Origin: Candidatus Rifleibacteriota bacterium
GTDB taxonomy: Bacteria; Muiribacteriota; Ozemobacteria; Ozemobacterales; Ozemobacteraceae
Assembly (NCBI GenBank): GCA_051747585.1
Contig: JBNJGH010000013.1
Coordinates: 1-47,494 of the forward strand
DNA: 47,494 bases
Direction of reading: 5' to 3'
Made by a program: the position numbers and the translations under genes. The notes under the pieces were generated by a model. It saw only the letters and a list, made by a program, of their open reading frames with translations. It made no database searches and was not told the DNA's origin. Positions within the stretch are counted from its first letter, which is position 1, and the number at the start of each line of letters is the position of its first letter. Positions 17,250-28,200 of this stretch are shown piece by piece.

Positions 17250-19571
17250 ATGGAGACAAACACAACCTATTTAATTGATATTTTCGCCAATTCTTCCAAA
17301 GAAAAAAAATTGGATTTATTAGAAAAAATTGCCAAAGACAAAAATGAGAGGGTTCTGCATTTTCTTGTTAACTGTCTGGCAGATGAGCATTGGATAGTAA
17401 GAAAGCATGCCGCACAATACATAAAAGAATTTAAAGACGAGGCTGTTCCTGTTCTTTCCAGTGCGTTGAATTCATATAGCTCCGACATTCAGCATTGGTC
17501 GCTTCAGATCTTAGGGGAATGCGGAGCCAAGGGTATTCCAGCTATTCTGCGGGCCATGAAAAGCTCAAACGAGGAAATGAGGTTTTTTGCTTGCACAGCC
17601 CTGGGAAAAACACCGGTTGCCCAAGGAGTTACCGCTTTGTTGCGTGCCCTGGGAGATGAAAAATGGCGAGTTAGAAAATCTGCTTCTGATGCTCTGGTAA
17701 AATATGGTGAGGCCATAATAGCTCCATTGCAGCAGATTTTGTCGCGAACTCGTGATGAAGACATTCGATTCTGGGCGATTAAAACTCTGGGGCGTCTTGG
17801 CCCAAACGCGCAGAAATTCTTGCTCGAAGCTCTGAGAGATGGAGACAAGAAAACCAGATATGTTATTGCGGCTGCCCTGGGTGAATCTGGAGACCGAAGA
17901 GTTGTGAAAGTCTTGATAGAATCTCTTGCTGATCCGGACTGGACAATAAGAAAAAGCGCAACCATGGCATTGGCAGAAATAGGCGATAACGCAGTCGATA
18001 TGATGTTGCAATGTGTTCGGGGCCCAAATGAAGACATTCGCGATGGTTGTCTGCGTGCTTTGTTGAAATCGGGTAACAAAGGATTACAGAAACTCCTCGA
18101 TGAGATTATCAAAATGGATGATAACCAGCGATTTTTAATTCGCTGCTCCATGGTCAAGATTGGCTCAAGAGTGGTGGAGCCTTTAATGAGGCTTTTTAAG
18201 TTAAAGAATCCCCATATTCTTTCTTTTGCAGCTTCCACTCTTGGCGAAATCGGAAACCCCAGGGCCGTTCCCGTTTTAATTACAGGCTTAGCCCATGAAG
18301 ACTGGAATGTCCGCAGAACATGCGCTTATGCCCTCACCGAAATAGGAGAAGCGGGCGTAGAAAAAATTGCAGAAGCCTTGCAAAGTAAAAATGAAGATGT
18401 AAGATACTGGATTACCAGAATTCTTGAAAGCATAGGCGAACCGGGAGTTCCTTATCTTGTAAGAGCATTAAAAGACCCGGCTCGCGAAATAAGATTTTTT
18501 GCTGCCAAAGCTTTGTCTGGCTCTTATAACCCTGAGGTTGTCGATCATCTTATTGAAGCCCTGGGTGATGAAGTATGGAGCGTAAGAAAAGTTGCTGCAG
18601 AAAGCATTGAAAAACACGAAGACCTTGCTTTTAAAGACATTTTAAAGCATGTCGCCAGTGATAATGCTGATATTAGATACTGGATAAGCCAGATCATTGA
18701 AGAGATAGGCCCGGATTATCTGCCCGATCTTATTGAAGTTATGCGCAAAGGCGAACCGGAATTAAGGCTTTTTGCAGTTCAGGCAGCCGGGTTGATCGAC
18801 TCGAATGAATTGATAGAACCATTAATTGGCGCATTGCGAGACGACAGCGAGTGGGTAAGAACCTATGCTTCAATTTCTCTTGGCCAAACCGGCGATCCAC
18901 GGTCTATTATACCGCTGATTCGAAGCTTTTCCGATCGCAATACAGATGTGCACAGAAATATTATTCAATCGTTTGAAAAATTGGGAGATGAGGTTTATAA
19001 AGAGCTTGTGAAATGCATCGAAGGCGATGATACCGAGCTGAAAAGAAATGCGGCAATAGCTTTCGCCGAGATGAAAGACGAACGAGGGCTGGATCATATT
19101 ATTTTACTGCTTCAGGAGGCAGATGCGAAGGTAAGAGCCGATGCCGCAAGAGCCCTGGGTTTTTTCCCCGGTGTTAAAGCCAGAACAATGCTGTCTGAAT
19201 GTTTGCGGGACGAATCGTTAGATGTTCGCCTTAGTGTGGTGAGAGCACTCGGACGAATGGGAACAGAAAAAGACGTGCTGCTACTTATGGAGCACATGGG
19301 AAAAACCAAGGACAGCCGCGAAGCTCGTACGGTTAAAAGAACTCTCGCCGAAATCGCAGGTGAAAATCCCGATTTGTTTGTTAATTTGTTTGCTCATGAA
19401 CACAATAGTATTAAAAGCTTTGCTCATGAAGCGCTGGTTGCAGCAGGAATGGATGTTATGGCTAAACTGACTCAGGTAGCTGCTGAAAGCCAGGACGAAA
19501 CCGTGGTCTTCTGGTGTAAAAAGACAATTAAGCAGATCAAGGCACCCAGGGAGAACTTTTTCTATGGCTGA
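17250..19571 (+). CDS. HEAT/PBS-lyase repeat protein (773 aa)
   Basis: More than 20 tandem ~31 aa repeats of type L..AL.D..W.VR..A..AL..IG. Confidence 0.9.
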   Translation: METNTTYLIDIFANSSKEKKLDLLEKIAKDKNERVLHFLVNCLADEHWIVRKHAAQYIKEFKDEAVPVLSSALNSYSSDIQHWSLQILGECGAKGIPAILRAMKSSNEEMRFFACTALGKTPVAQGVTALLRALGDEKWRVRKSASDALVKYGEAIIAPLQQILSRTRDEDIRFWAIKTLGRLGPNAQKFLLEALRDGDKKTRYVIAAALGESGDRRVVKVLIESLADPDWTIRKSATMALAEIGDNAVDMMLQCVRGPNEDIRDGCLRALLKSGNKGLQKLLDEIIKMDDNQRFLIRCSMVKIGSRVVEPLMRLFKLKNPHILSFAASTLGEIGNPRAVPVLITGLAHEDWNVRRTCAYALTEIGEAGVEKIAEALQSKNEDVRYWITRILESIGEPGVPYLVRALKDPAREIRFFAAKALSGSYNPEVVDHLIEALGDEVWSVRKVAAESIEKHEDLAFKDILKHVASDNADIRYWISQIIEEIGPDYLPDLIEVMRKGEPELRLFAVQAAGLIDSNELIEPLIGALRDDSEWVRTYASISLGQTGDPRSIIPLIRSFSDRNTDVHRNIIQSFEKLGDEVYKELVKCIEGDDTELKRNAAIAFAEMKDERGLDHIILLLQEADAKVRADAARALGFFPGVKARTMLSECLRDESLDVRLSVVRALGRMGTEKDVLLLMEHMGKTKDSREARTVKRTLAEIAGENPDLFVNLFAHEHNSIKSFAHEALVAAGMDVMAKLTQVAAESQDETVVFWCKKTIKQIKAPRENFFYG

Positions 19572-20706
19572 TAACAAAAGCCTTAAAGAGTTGAATGTCT
19601 GGCTCAAATTTGCCGGGATATCCTGGCTTGGTGCAACAGTTAAGGCTGGATTAATAAAGAGGTTCGGAAATCCCGAAAGAATTTTTACTGCCAGTAAAGC
19701 TGAGCTGGCAAAGGTAAAAGGCTGGGACTTCAATCGTCTCGATAGGTTTATGACCCGGGGCAGAAATCAAAAACCGGTTTGCCCTCCTGAATTGCTTGAA
19801 AAAAAAGGCATACGACTGGTTTGTTTCAATGATGATGATTACCCGCCTTTACTTAGAGAAATTCCCGACTCGCCGGTTGCTCTCTTTGTTCAAGGAAGAA
19901 CAAAACTTGAACAAAAGCCTGCAATTGCTATAGTGGGCGCTCGAAATGGCACACAAATGGGTTATGATGTTGCAAAAGAATTCGCTTTTTCTCTTGCAAA
20001 AGCCGGATTCGTTATCATTTCCGGACTCGCCCTCGGCATAGACACCTATGCCCACAGAGGAGCGGTTGAAGCCGGTGGTCAAACATTTGCCGTGCTGGGC
20101 TGTGGTCCTGATATTATTTATCCAAAATCAAACCAGAAAATTAGAAAAAAAATTCTCGATAATGACGGAGCATTGATTTCAGAATACGCACCCGGCGTCG
20201 TTGCCCGCCCATGGCACTTTCCGGTGCGTAATCGTATAATTTCCGGTATCTGTATAGCGACTCTGGTAATAGAAGCAAGCTCGAGAAGCGGTTCGCTTAT
20301 TACAGCTCATCTGGCAGTAGACCAAGATCGAGAAGTTTTTGCCGTTCCGGGTAATATCCGTTCTTCTCTTGCCGAAGGCACTCTGAATCTGATCAAAGAT
20401 GGCGCAAATCTGGTTACAGACCCCGGTGAAATAATCGAATATTATTCTCATCTCCTGCCCGAACAGAAACAAAACAGCATTGATGCTGATTTTGAATCTG
20501 AAGATCTGACAAATGAAGAAAAAAAACTGTTAAAATACTTATCTAAAGAACCGGTTAATATTGATAATCTATTAGAATCCGGTTCCTGGAAAAGAGAAAG
20601 ATTGTTTTCTTTACTTTTGACTCTCGAAATGAGAGATTATTTGATAAAGCTGCCAGGTAATTATTATCAGGCAAAGAGAAAATTGTTGCATGAAGGTAAT
20701 TTATGA
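19564..20706 (+). CDS. dprA: DNA-processing protein DprA
   Basis: YPPLLREIPD.P, AIVGAR, ISGLALGIDTYAH, FPVRNRIISG, SGSLITA, REVFAVPG. Confidence 0.96.
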   Translation: MADNKSLKELNVWLKFAGISWLGATVKAGLIKRFGNPERIFTASKAELAKVKGWDFNRLDRFMTRGRNQKPVCPPELLEKKGIRLVCFNDDDYPPLLREIPDSPVALFVQGRTKLEQKPAIAIVGARNGTQMGYDVAKEFAFSLAKAGFVIISGLALGIDTYAHRGAVEAGGQTFAVLGCGPDIIYPKSNQKIRKKILDNDGALISEYAPGVVARPWHFPVRNRIISGICIATLVIEASSRSGSLITAHLAVDQDREVFAVPGNIRSSLAEGTLNLIKDGANLVTDPGEIIEYYSHLLPEQKQNSIDADFESEDLTNEEKKLLKYLSKEPVNIDNLLESGSWKRERLFSLLLTLEMRDYLIKLPGNYYQAKRKLLHEGNL

Positions 20707-21209
20707 ACAGGATTAAGACCCCTCTAACCAATATAATGGAAATTATGGATATCGTAATCAAACAAATGGAAGCCAAGGGCGCCGAAGAGACCGAAAAAAG
20801 CCCCATGGTTACAGACTTGCTGGAAAAAGGATTCAAGCTCGAAGATATAGAAACTGCTTTGAATCTAATTTCTATGATGAACACCCAAATTAACCCAATA
20901 GTAGATGTGGGTTCACGAGATTTTAATGGCGATGGCACTCCTTGCGGAGTAAGGCATCTACATTTTATTGAATCAGTAAGATTTTCTGCTGATGCTCAGC
21001 AATTCTTACTGCAGATGGTAGAAGAAGATCTTATTTCATCACTTCATTTTGAAAAAATTGTTGAATATGTCTGGAAAAATGATCTTAGAAGAGTCTCTTT
21101 GACAAGGCTGGAGCTGATTGTGATGATTACCAGACCCGAAAATGAAATAGATAACCAGGAAGAGGCTGAGGCTGTTGAAACCTTTCCTCATTCCCTTATG
21201 ATGCATTGA
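20703..21209 (+). CDS. DUF494/Smg-like protein
   Basis: L.EKGF...DIETAL motif, ends in MH; conserved dprA-smg-topA position. Confidence 0.7.
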   Translation: MNRIKTPLTNIMEIMDIVIKQMEAKGAEETEKSPMVTDLLEKGFKLEDIETALNLISMMNTQINPIVDVGSRDFNGDGTPCGVRHLHFIESVRFSADAQQFLLQMVEEDLISSLHFEKIVEYVWKNDLRRVSLTRLELIVMITRPENEIDNQEEAEAVETFPHSLMMH

Positions 21210-21235
21210 TTGACCTAAGATAATCAGGAGGTTAA

Positions 21236-23563
21236 ATGGCAAAGAATTTAATTATAGTAGAATCTCCGGGTAAAATTAAAACCTTGTCGAAATTTCTGGG
21301 CAAGGATTTTGTTGTAGAGGCTTCTAAGGGGCATGTGATCGATTTACCTCCGTCAAGGTTCGGGGTAAGCACTGAAAATGGATTCGTGCCGGACTTAAGA
21401 GTAGTTAAAGACCGTAAAGACGTTATTTTAAAACTACAAAGAATTGCCAAGGGAGCAAAAAAAATATATCTCGCTCCTGACCCTGATCGCGAAGGCGAAG
21501 CAATAAGCTGGCACCTGGCTAATGTTTTAAATATAGATCCTCTCTCTGATTGTAGAATTACCTTTAACTCGATTACCAGAGAAGACGTTTTAAAGTCGTT
21601 AGAGCATCCGAGAGGTATAAACTTCAGTTTGGTGAACGCCCAGCAATCGCGTAGAATTCTTGATCGCCTCGTGGGTTATCGCCTTTCTCCGCTTTTGTGG
21701 CAGAAAATTTGTCTTGGTCTTTCTGCAGGCCGGGTTCAATCTGTGGCCGTCGCATTAGTATGTCTGCGCGAAAAAGAAATTATGGCTTTTGAGCCTGAAG
21801 AATACTGGACAATTGCCGCAGAAGTAAATAACGATGATAAACAGAATTTCAATATAAAGCTTGCCAAAATCGATGGCAAAAAGGCGGTTGTACCTGATGG
21901 CGAAAAAGCTGCAGAAATAGTTAAGGCTCTAAAAAACAATAAACTAGAGGTTGCTAAAGTAGAAAGCAGATCTAGAAAGCAGTCACCTCCTCCGCCATTT
22001 ATAACAAGCACTTTGCAGGCTGAAGCCGCACAAAAGTTCAGCTTTACACCCCGTCGCACCATGTCGGTTGCTCAAAAGCTCTATGAAGGAATAGAACTGG
22101 GCGATGAAGGTCAGGTCGGGCTTATAACCTATATGCGTACCGACTCGGTCAGAATTTCTCCCGAAGGCTTTAAAGAACTCAACAGCTATATAAAAGACAA
22201 CTTCTCTGAAGAATACAGGCTTGGTAAAAATAGAGCATTTAGAAAGAAAAAAGGTGCTCAGGACGCGCATGAGGCCATAAGACCCACATCGGTTTTCAGA
22301 ACTCCCCGGATCATGTCATCTTACCTGAAACCTGAGCAACTCAAACTTTATAGACTTATCTGGAATCGTTACGTTGCCTCGCAATTGGCAGAGGCCAGAT
22401 ATAAAGTGGTTACAGCCGATGTTCAAGTTGAAAACTTCCTTTTTCAGGCTTCCGGTACCACCATGGTATTTGACGGTTTTACTAAATTGTATTCTACCGA
22501 ATTAAAAGGCCGCAAAAAAGAAGATGAAGACGGTAAACAAAAACTACCAGCCTTAAATAAAGGTGATAATGTGAGTTTACTCGATGTCGATTCTCAACAG
22601 AACTTTACCAATCCACCGCCACGTTATAATGAATCCTCGCTGATTAAAACCCTGGAAAAAGAAGGCATAGGACGCCCCAGCACCTATGCGACCATTGTCG
22701 ACACAATACAGCAGCGCAAATATGTAAAAAAAATCGAAGGGAAATTTCATCCCTCAGATGCAGCATTTGTTGTTACTTATATTCTGGAAAAATGCTTTTC
22801 AGATATAATTAATCCGGGTTTTACTGCCAAAATGGAAAATTCGCTCGACAAGGTAGAAGAAGGCACAGTTGACTGGATAGATCTTTTAACTGAATTTTAT
22901 CAGCCATTTATGGATGACTTGAAAAGAGCGCAGGAAACAATCGATAAGGTTCGGATAGAGTCAGATATGACATGCGAACAATGCGGCAAAAAAATGCTGG
23001 TAAGATTGGGTAGAACCGGCAAGTTCCTTGCCTGCAGCGGTTATCCCGAGTGTAAGTATACGGTAAACATTCCCGATGATATACTACTTTTTTCAAAAGG
23101 AATTCCAGAGCCACCTTTAAAAATTGCATCCATGCTGGAAAATATCCAACAGCAGGTTGAGCGCGAATATGAAGTGGTTGATGAGAAGTGTGAAAAATGT
23201 GGTGCCGATATGTGTATTAAAGATGGTAGATTCGGCAAGTTTATTGCCTGCACAAATTATCCTGAATGTAAAAATACACGTCAGTTGGTTAAAGACACTG
23301 GAATAAAATGTCCCGCCGAAGGATGCGATGGAAAAATACTTGAAAAGAAATCAAAACGTGGCCGATTATTTTATGGGTGTTCAAAATATCCTGATTGTAA
23401 ATTAACTACCTGGGCACTTCCAACCGGAGAGCTCTGTCCCGAATGTGGTGCTCCGCTGGTCTGGCATAAAACCAAAAAACTTGGCAGGCATATTAAATGC
23501 TCAGGTAAAGGGTGTAAATATAGAAAGTTCCCCGAAGAGGAAGACAATGGCGACGCAAAATAA
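21236..23563 (+). CDS. topA: DNA topoisomerase I
   Basis: LIIVESPGK, DPDREGE, SAGRVQS, LITYMRTDS, QDAHEAIRPT, GIGRPSTY; C-terminal zinc ribbons. Confidence 0.98.
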   Translation: MAKNLIIVESPGKIKTLSKFLGKDFVVEASKGHVIDLPPSRFGVSTENGFVPDLRVVKDRKDVILKLQRIAKGAKKIYLAPDPDREGEAISWHLANVLNIDPLSDCRITFNSITREDVLKSLEHPRGINFSLVNAQQSRRILDRLVGYRLSPLLWQKICLGLSAGRVQSVAVALVCLREKEIMAFEPEEYWTIAAEVNNDDKQNFNIKLAKIDGKKAVVPDGEKAAEIVKALKNNKLEVAKVESRSRKQSPPPPFITSTLQAEAAQKFSFTPRRTMSVAQKLYEGIELGDEGQVGLITYMRTDSVRISPEGFKELNSYIKDNFSEEYRLGKNRAFRKKKGAQDAHEAIRPTSVFRTPRIMSSYLKPEQLKLYRLIWNRYVASQLAEARYKVVTADVQVENFLFQASGTTMVFDGFTKLYSTELKGRKKEDEDGKQKLPALNKGDNVSLLDVDSQQNFTNPPPRYNESSLIKTLEKEGIGRPSTYATIVDTIQQRKYVKKIEGKFHPSDAAFVVTYILEKCFSDIINPGFTAKMENSLDKVEEGTVDWIDLLTEFYQPFMDDLKRAQETIDKVRIESDMTCEQCGKKMLVRLGRTGKFLACSGYPECKYTVNIPDDILLFSKGIPEPPLKIASMLENIQQQVEREYEVVDEKCEKCGADMCIKDGRFGKFIACTNYPECKNTRQLVKDTGIKCPAEGCDGKILEKKSKRGRLFYGCSKYPDCKLTTWALPTGELCPECGAPLVWHKTKKLGRHIKCSGKGCKYRKFPEEEDNGDAK

Positions 23564-24881
23564 TAATAATGTAGAACAGGTTACAGTTATAGGTGCCGGC
23601 CTGGCCGGTGCAGAAGCCGTATATCAACTTATAAGAAGACAGATTCCGGTAAAATTCTGTGAAATGCGGCCAAACACCACCACCGGTGCGCACACAACCG
23701 ATTTATTTGCAGAGTTGGTCTGCAGTAATTCGATAGGCAGCAATTTGCCTGACCGGGCCCCGGGCCTTTTAAAAGAAGAAATGCGCCTGTTGGGTAGTTA
23801 TTTTATGGATGTTGCCTATAAATACAGGGTGCCGGCCGGCAATGCTCTGGCCGTCGACCGTGGTGCTTTTGCCCGTGAAATAACCCGTTATTTAAAGGGA
23901 CATAAGTTTGTCGAATTTGTAAACGAAGAAATTACCGAAATACCTGAAAAAGGCTATGTAATTATTGCTACCGGCCCACTTACTTCGTCAAAGTTTATGA
24001 AAAGCCTGGAGAAGCTTATCGGCAAAAAGCATCTGGAGTTTTTCGATGCAATTGCACCAGTAGTAACTACAGAAACCATCGATAAAAAGATCGCTTTTAG
24101 AGGCGATAGATATGGAGAAGTCGGTCAGGGCGATTATCTTAATTGCCCGATGAATAAAGAAGAATACCAGGCATTTGTAAAAGCCTTAACCGAAGCCGAA
24201 AGAATTGCTTTGCCCGAGTTCGAAAAGTCTGCTCGCAAAAAGTTTTTTACTGCCTGTCAGCCGGTTGAAGTTATAGCAGATACCGGAATCGACTCGTTAA
24301 GGTTTGGGCCAATGAAACCGGTTGGTTTTGTCGATCCCCGCACCGGCAAAAGACCCTGGGCAATAGTTCAGCTTAGGCAGGATAACCTGCTGGCCAGCCT
24401 TTATAATATGGTTGGTTTTCAGACCAACCTTAAACACAGCGAGCAAAAAAGGGTTTTTAGAATGATACCCGGATTACAAAATGCAGAATTTGTTCGATTG
24501 GGCCAGATGCATAGAAATTCTTATATAAAATCGCCTGATTTGCTGCTGCCGACCATGCAGCTTAAAAAAGATCCGCGAATATTTTTTGCCGGGCAGATAT
24601 CAGGAGTGGAAGGCTATGCAGAGTCTGCAGCCACGGGTATGATTGCCGGGTTGAATGTTTCAAGACTGATTCAAGACAAAGAATTGTTGGTAATGCCGCC
24701 GCAAACTATAATTGGTGCCTTAATTAGTTATATAACCTATGGCGGTCATAAAAAATTTAACCCCATGAATGCAAATTTTGGCCTGTTTAAAACCGACTCA
24801 AAACTTAAAGGCGAATTAAGACGCGAAATGATCATCAGAGCAGCAAGAAAAAAACTGCGCGAATTCTACGACAATATGTAA
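23547..24881 (+). CDS. trmFO: Methylenetetrahydrofolate-tRNA-(uracil-54) methyltransferase TrmFO
   Basis: Start revised to MATQ (23547); GAGLAGAEA, AELVCSNS, ALAVDR, LRFGPMKPVG, NMVGFQT, FAGQISGVEGY. Confidence 0.96.
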   Translation: MATQNNNNVEQVTVIGAGLAGAEAVYQLIRRQIPVKFCEMRPNTTTGAHTTDLFAELVCSNSIGSNLPDRAPGLLKEEMRLLGSYFMDVAYKYRVPAGNALAVDRGAFAREITRYLKGHKFVEFVNEEITEIPEKGYVIIATGPLTSSKFMKSLEKLIGKKHLEFFDAIAPVVTTETIDKKIAFRGDRYGEVGQGDYLNCPMNKEEYQAFVKALTEAERIALPEFEKSARKKFFTACQPVEVIADTGIDSLRFGPMKPVGFVDPRTGKRPWAIVQLRQDNLLASLYNMVGFQTNLKHSEQKRVFRMIPGLQNAEFVRLGQMHRNSYIKSPDLLLPTMQLKKDPRIFFAGQISGVEGYAESAATGMIAGLNVSRLIQDKELLVMPPQTIIGALISYITYGGHKKFNPMNANFGLFKTDSKLKGELRREMIIRAARKKLREFYDNM

Positions 24882-24890
24882 AAACGCAAT

Positions 24891-25087
24891 GGTGATTGAG
24901 CGTAGTCGAAATCACCTGATGCCGAGAGTAATTTCGCTATCGCTATCATTCTTCGTTATCGTTGTCGTTGTCGTTGTCGTTATTGTTGTCGTTATCGAAA
25001 TTCAAATCTAAATCATAAAAAAAAACAGTCATCTCGATGCTTCGACTCCGCTCAGCACAAGCGCTCGCGCAGCGCAGGCGCTTGTGC
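24891..25087. repeat. Mosaic of small palindromes (TTCGACTMCGCTCA family) and TCGNNN hexamer tract
   Basis: ggtgattgagcgtagtcgaaatcacc (24891-24916); TCGTTG-type tract 24934-24997; ttcgactccgctca (25041-25054); gcacaagcgc/gcgcttgtgc hairpin (25055-25087). Confidence 0.8.
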
Positions 25088-25109
25088 CGCGTGTCGCTCG
25101 CATTGACAA

Positions 25110-25236
25110 GCCCCCAAATTGTCATTGCGAGGAGAGTAGCGACGAAGCAATCTTTGCTATGCTAAATTTTAGTAACATAACCAAAATACAAAAATGTCTT
25201 GAAACCCGCTAATATTAATAAATGGTTAATTACTGA
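25110..25236 (+). repeat. ~125 bp family B element (GTCATTGCGAG core plus AT-rich tail)
   Basis: Highly similar to the reverse complement of 41658-41784. Confidence 0.9.
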
Positions 25237-25237
25237 T

Positions 25238-25283
25238 AAAAAAACCGGGTCATTTCGACTACGCTCAATGACCCGGTTTTTTT
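25238..25283. terminator. Bidirectional terminator built around a TTCGACTACGCTCA repeat
   Basis: aaaaaaaccgggtcatt-tcgactacgctc-aatgacccggttttttt between convergent genes. Confidence 0.85.
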
Positions 25284-25295
25284 AATGCCTTAGTT

Positions 25296-28200
25296 TTAAG
25301 GGTGAATCCAGTCGCTTTCACCACTTCTAATAATTTGCAGGCGGGTGCTTTCAAGTATAAACAGGTCTTTGCCGGTGCAGAATATGCTTACCGGGCCGTT
25401 AAATTCACCGGCTCCTGTGCCATCACCGCCAAAGGTCATCAATTCTTTCTGGTTAAGTGGTTCGTAGAGGGTTATATTACTGTTATTCTGACTCAAAGAC
25501 ATTATATAGCTATCGGTAAAAGCAACATCGTAAGGTGAATCTGCGGTAACCGAATATGGGTTAGCCGGGCTTGGGTCTTCATAAACCACGATGCGATTAT
25601 TCCCATTGTCTGTAACAAATACTTGTCCGTAATCTTCATTGCTGTATCTAAGCCTGTAAGGATTGTTGAAGGATACATTATTTGCTTGACTAATTGAGCT
25701 TGTTTGATTTTCTGTATCCGGATTAACTGTAATAATTGTGTTGTTACCGGTATTGCTTATATAAATCAGGGTGTCATTTGAGGAAATTGAAGAAGCCAGG
25801 TTAAGTCCAGGATTATAGGTTGGTTGCGTATTCTCGTCTTCATATCTAAGTATTTTTTCTGTGCCATCCGAGCCAAGAACAGTAATGTCACCACTGACAG
25901 GCACGGCTGCAAGAGCATCAACGAATGAGGCAGTCGCAACCAGATCGTAATTGTCGGCTTGAGTGAAATAATGTGCTCCAACATCATCATTGTAGCTGTA
26001 TTTTCTTACTCTTGGCTGATTAGCATTGTTAAAAGTTATATACAATGTGGCATCACCTGTGCCCTGCCCTTGAATAAAGCGACCATCAGACAAAAGATTG
26101 TTGGTTCCGAAGTCATAAGTAGTGCTTTCCCATACGCCCACACTTGTCGAATAGGTTGCGCTTGCTTGATTGGTAAACTCAGGATACATGCTGTCGTAAA
26201 TTCTAACCGTAATAGTAGAAACGCCCAGAGGAAGTTCATGACTCAGAGTTCTGCCAGTACCTATAAGCTGGGTTTCAGGGCAATACCATTTGATGTTTTC
26301 GGGCTCGTAGCTTTCTATGGTGTCGCCTATTTCTTCGTCAAAAGTGTCTATGCTGAAATCTATAGATAGCAATTGTGAATTTGATAAAAACACAGGTATA
26401 TCTCCGGGGGCGGTTGCATACTGGGGAGTGGACCAGCTCAATGTTCCTGTGGGGAGGGTATTAACCAGTACAGATATGGATGCAACATTTGTTATGCCTT
26501 GCTGGTCGGTAACTTCGCAGAATATATTGTGATTGCCTGAGGCAAGAGTACTGGTCGAGTATTCTTCGCCAGTGCCCACTTCAGTTCCGCTTACACCACC
26601 ATCAAGCCAGCGAATTGATAAAGAATCGGTCGGGTCTTCATCTGTTGGTATGGCTTTGAAAGTTATTGTTTCACCCGAATCAAACCTTGTGCCCGAAGCC
26701 GGCGAATCTATGGTGACTGTAGGAGTGGCATTCACATAGATAATGTGTTGAGTATAACTTGAGTTTCCATATTGATCTTCACCGGACAGTCTAATGACAT
26801 GTTTGCCTAACTTGTTGGTAAAGGTATGCTTGAACTCTGCTACACTTGTTTTGAGCGTAGAGGTTGCGCCGCCGAAACCGTCTTCCCAGATCATGGTAGA
26901 AGATGCTACCGTGCCGCTTTCAGTTGTGCCTGAGCCAGAAAAGGTGAGCTCCGTATCGGGGAATAAATAAGAACCGTTGGCAGGACTGCTTATAGCCATT
27001 GTCGGGCGTGGATTGATGATTACTCTGGTAGTATCAGAAGCGCTTTGCCCTTGCGTATCTGTTACCATGACTTTTACGTCATAAGTTCCCGCAGAAAGAG
27101 TGCTTACATCGAGTTTGTAGCCGTTGCCCAAAGTTGTTCCTGAGGCTGTCCAGACAATGCTCGCCGTGGCAATCTGTTCGTCGGCGTCATTGATGCTGAC
27201 TTCAAACGGTATTGGATCGCTTGTCAAGTAGTCAGAGCCACTGGTGGGCTTAATATTTGTAATAGTTGGTGGCGAATCTATGTATACAGTTATACTCGCC
27301 TCATCAGAATATACATTTAAGCTGTCTTTTGCTTTGAGCTTAATTGTATTTGTTCCGGGATTGAGATTGCTGATTATCTGTGATGAACCGGTTTTAGTTG
27401 AATTGGGGAATATCCAGATCAGATCCGTACCGTCGATATTGCCATCCTCAACGTCAGTTGCAGAACCGGAAAAAGTAACGGCCGCATCTTTCAAGAAAAC
27501 ACTGTCATCAAGCGGAGAATTTATAGTTGCTACCGGTTTTGAGTTAATTCTGAAATCTACCGAGTCCTGATTGCTTAAACCTTCTGAATCAGGGGCAGAG
27601 AGAGTTACAGTATAAGTCCCCGGGTTGGTAATGCTAAGATTAAAACTTGATCCTGAGCTGGATTCATTAAAGGCACTCGGGCCTGTAATTGTCCATGAAA
27701 AATCGTTGCCGTTTATAGTTCCATCTTCAGGATCATTTACAGAGCCTGCAAAATTGACATAGCCGGGTATATGAATTGAATTTTCTGCCGGACTTGAGAT
27801 GTTAACAATAGGAGCCTGGTTTTCATCAGGATTCGGATTGTCGGTTACTCGGAAGGTCTTTGAAATGCTGACCGGCTCTCCCTCACCATCGCTGACTTCA
27901 AGAGTTATTTTAGCATCTTGGTTGGTGGATGGGGTTGTCCATTCAGGGGTTTCGACGGTTGAGCTCGATAAACTGCCTGTATCTGCCGTCCAATTGTAAG
28001 TTAGCTCGTCATCGTCTTTGTCAGAAGCATCTGAAGACAAGACATAGCTTGTAGATGGACTGAGATAAATGGTTGTAGATGCGTTTGCAAATATATTCGA
28101 AAGCTCAGGAAGATTATTTGCTATCCCACCTGCTCCGATTTTAATGGTAACTTTTGCAGAAGAGTTAAGCCCGGAAGGATCTATTGCTTTAAAAGTAATT

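Noticed and set aside
17504..18238. 244 aa minus-strand ORF (likewise 42567-43235 and other short antisense ORFs)
   Set aside because: Shadow frames of well-supported genes.
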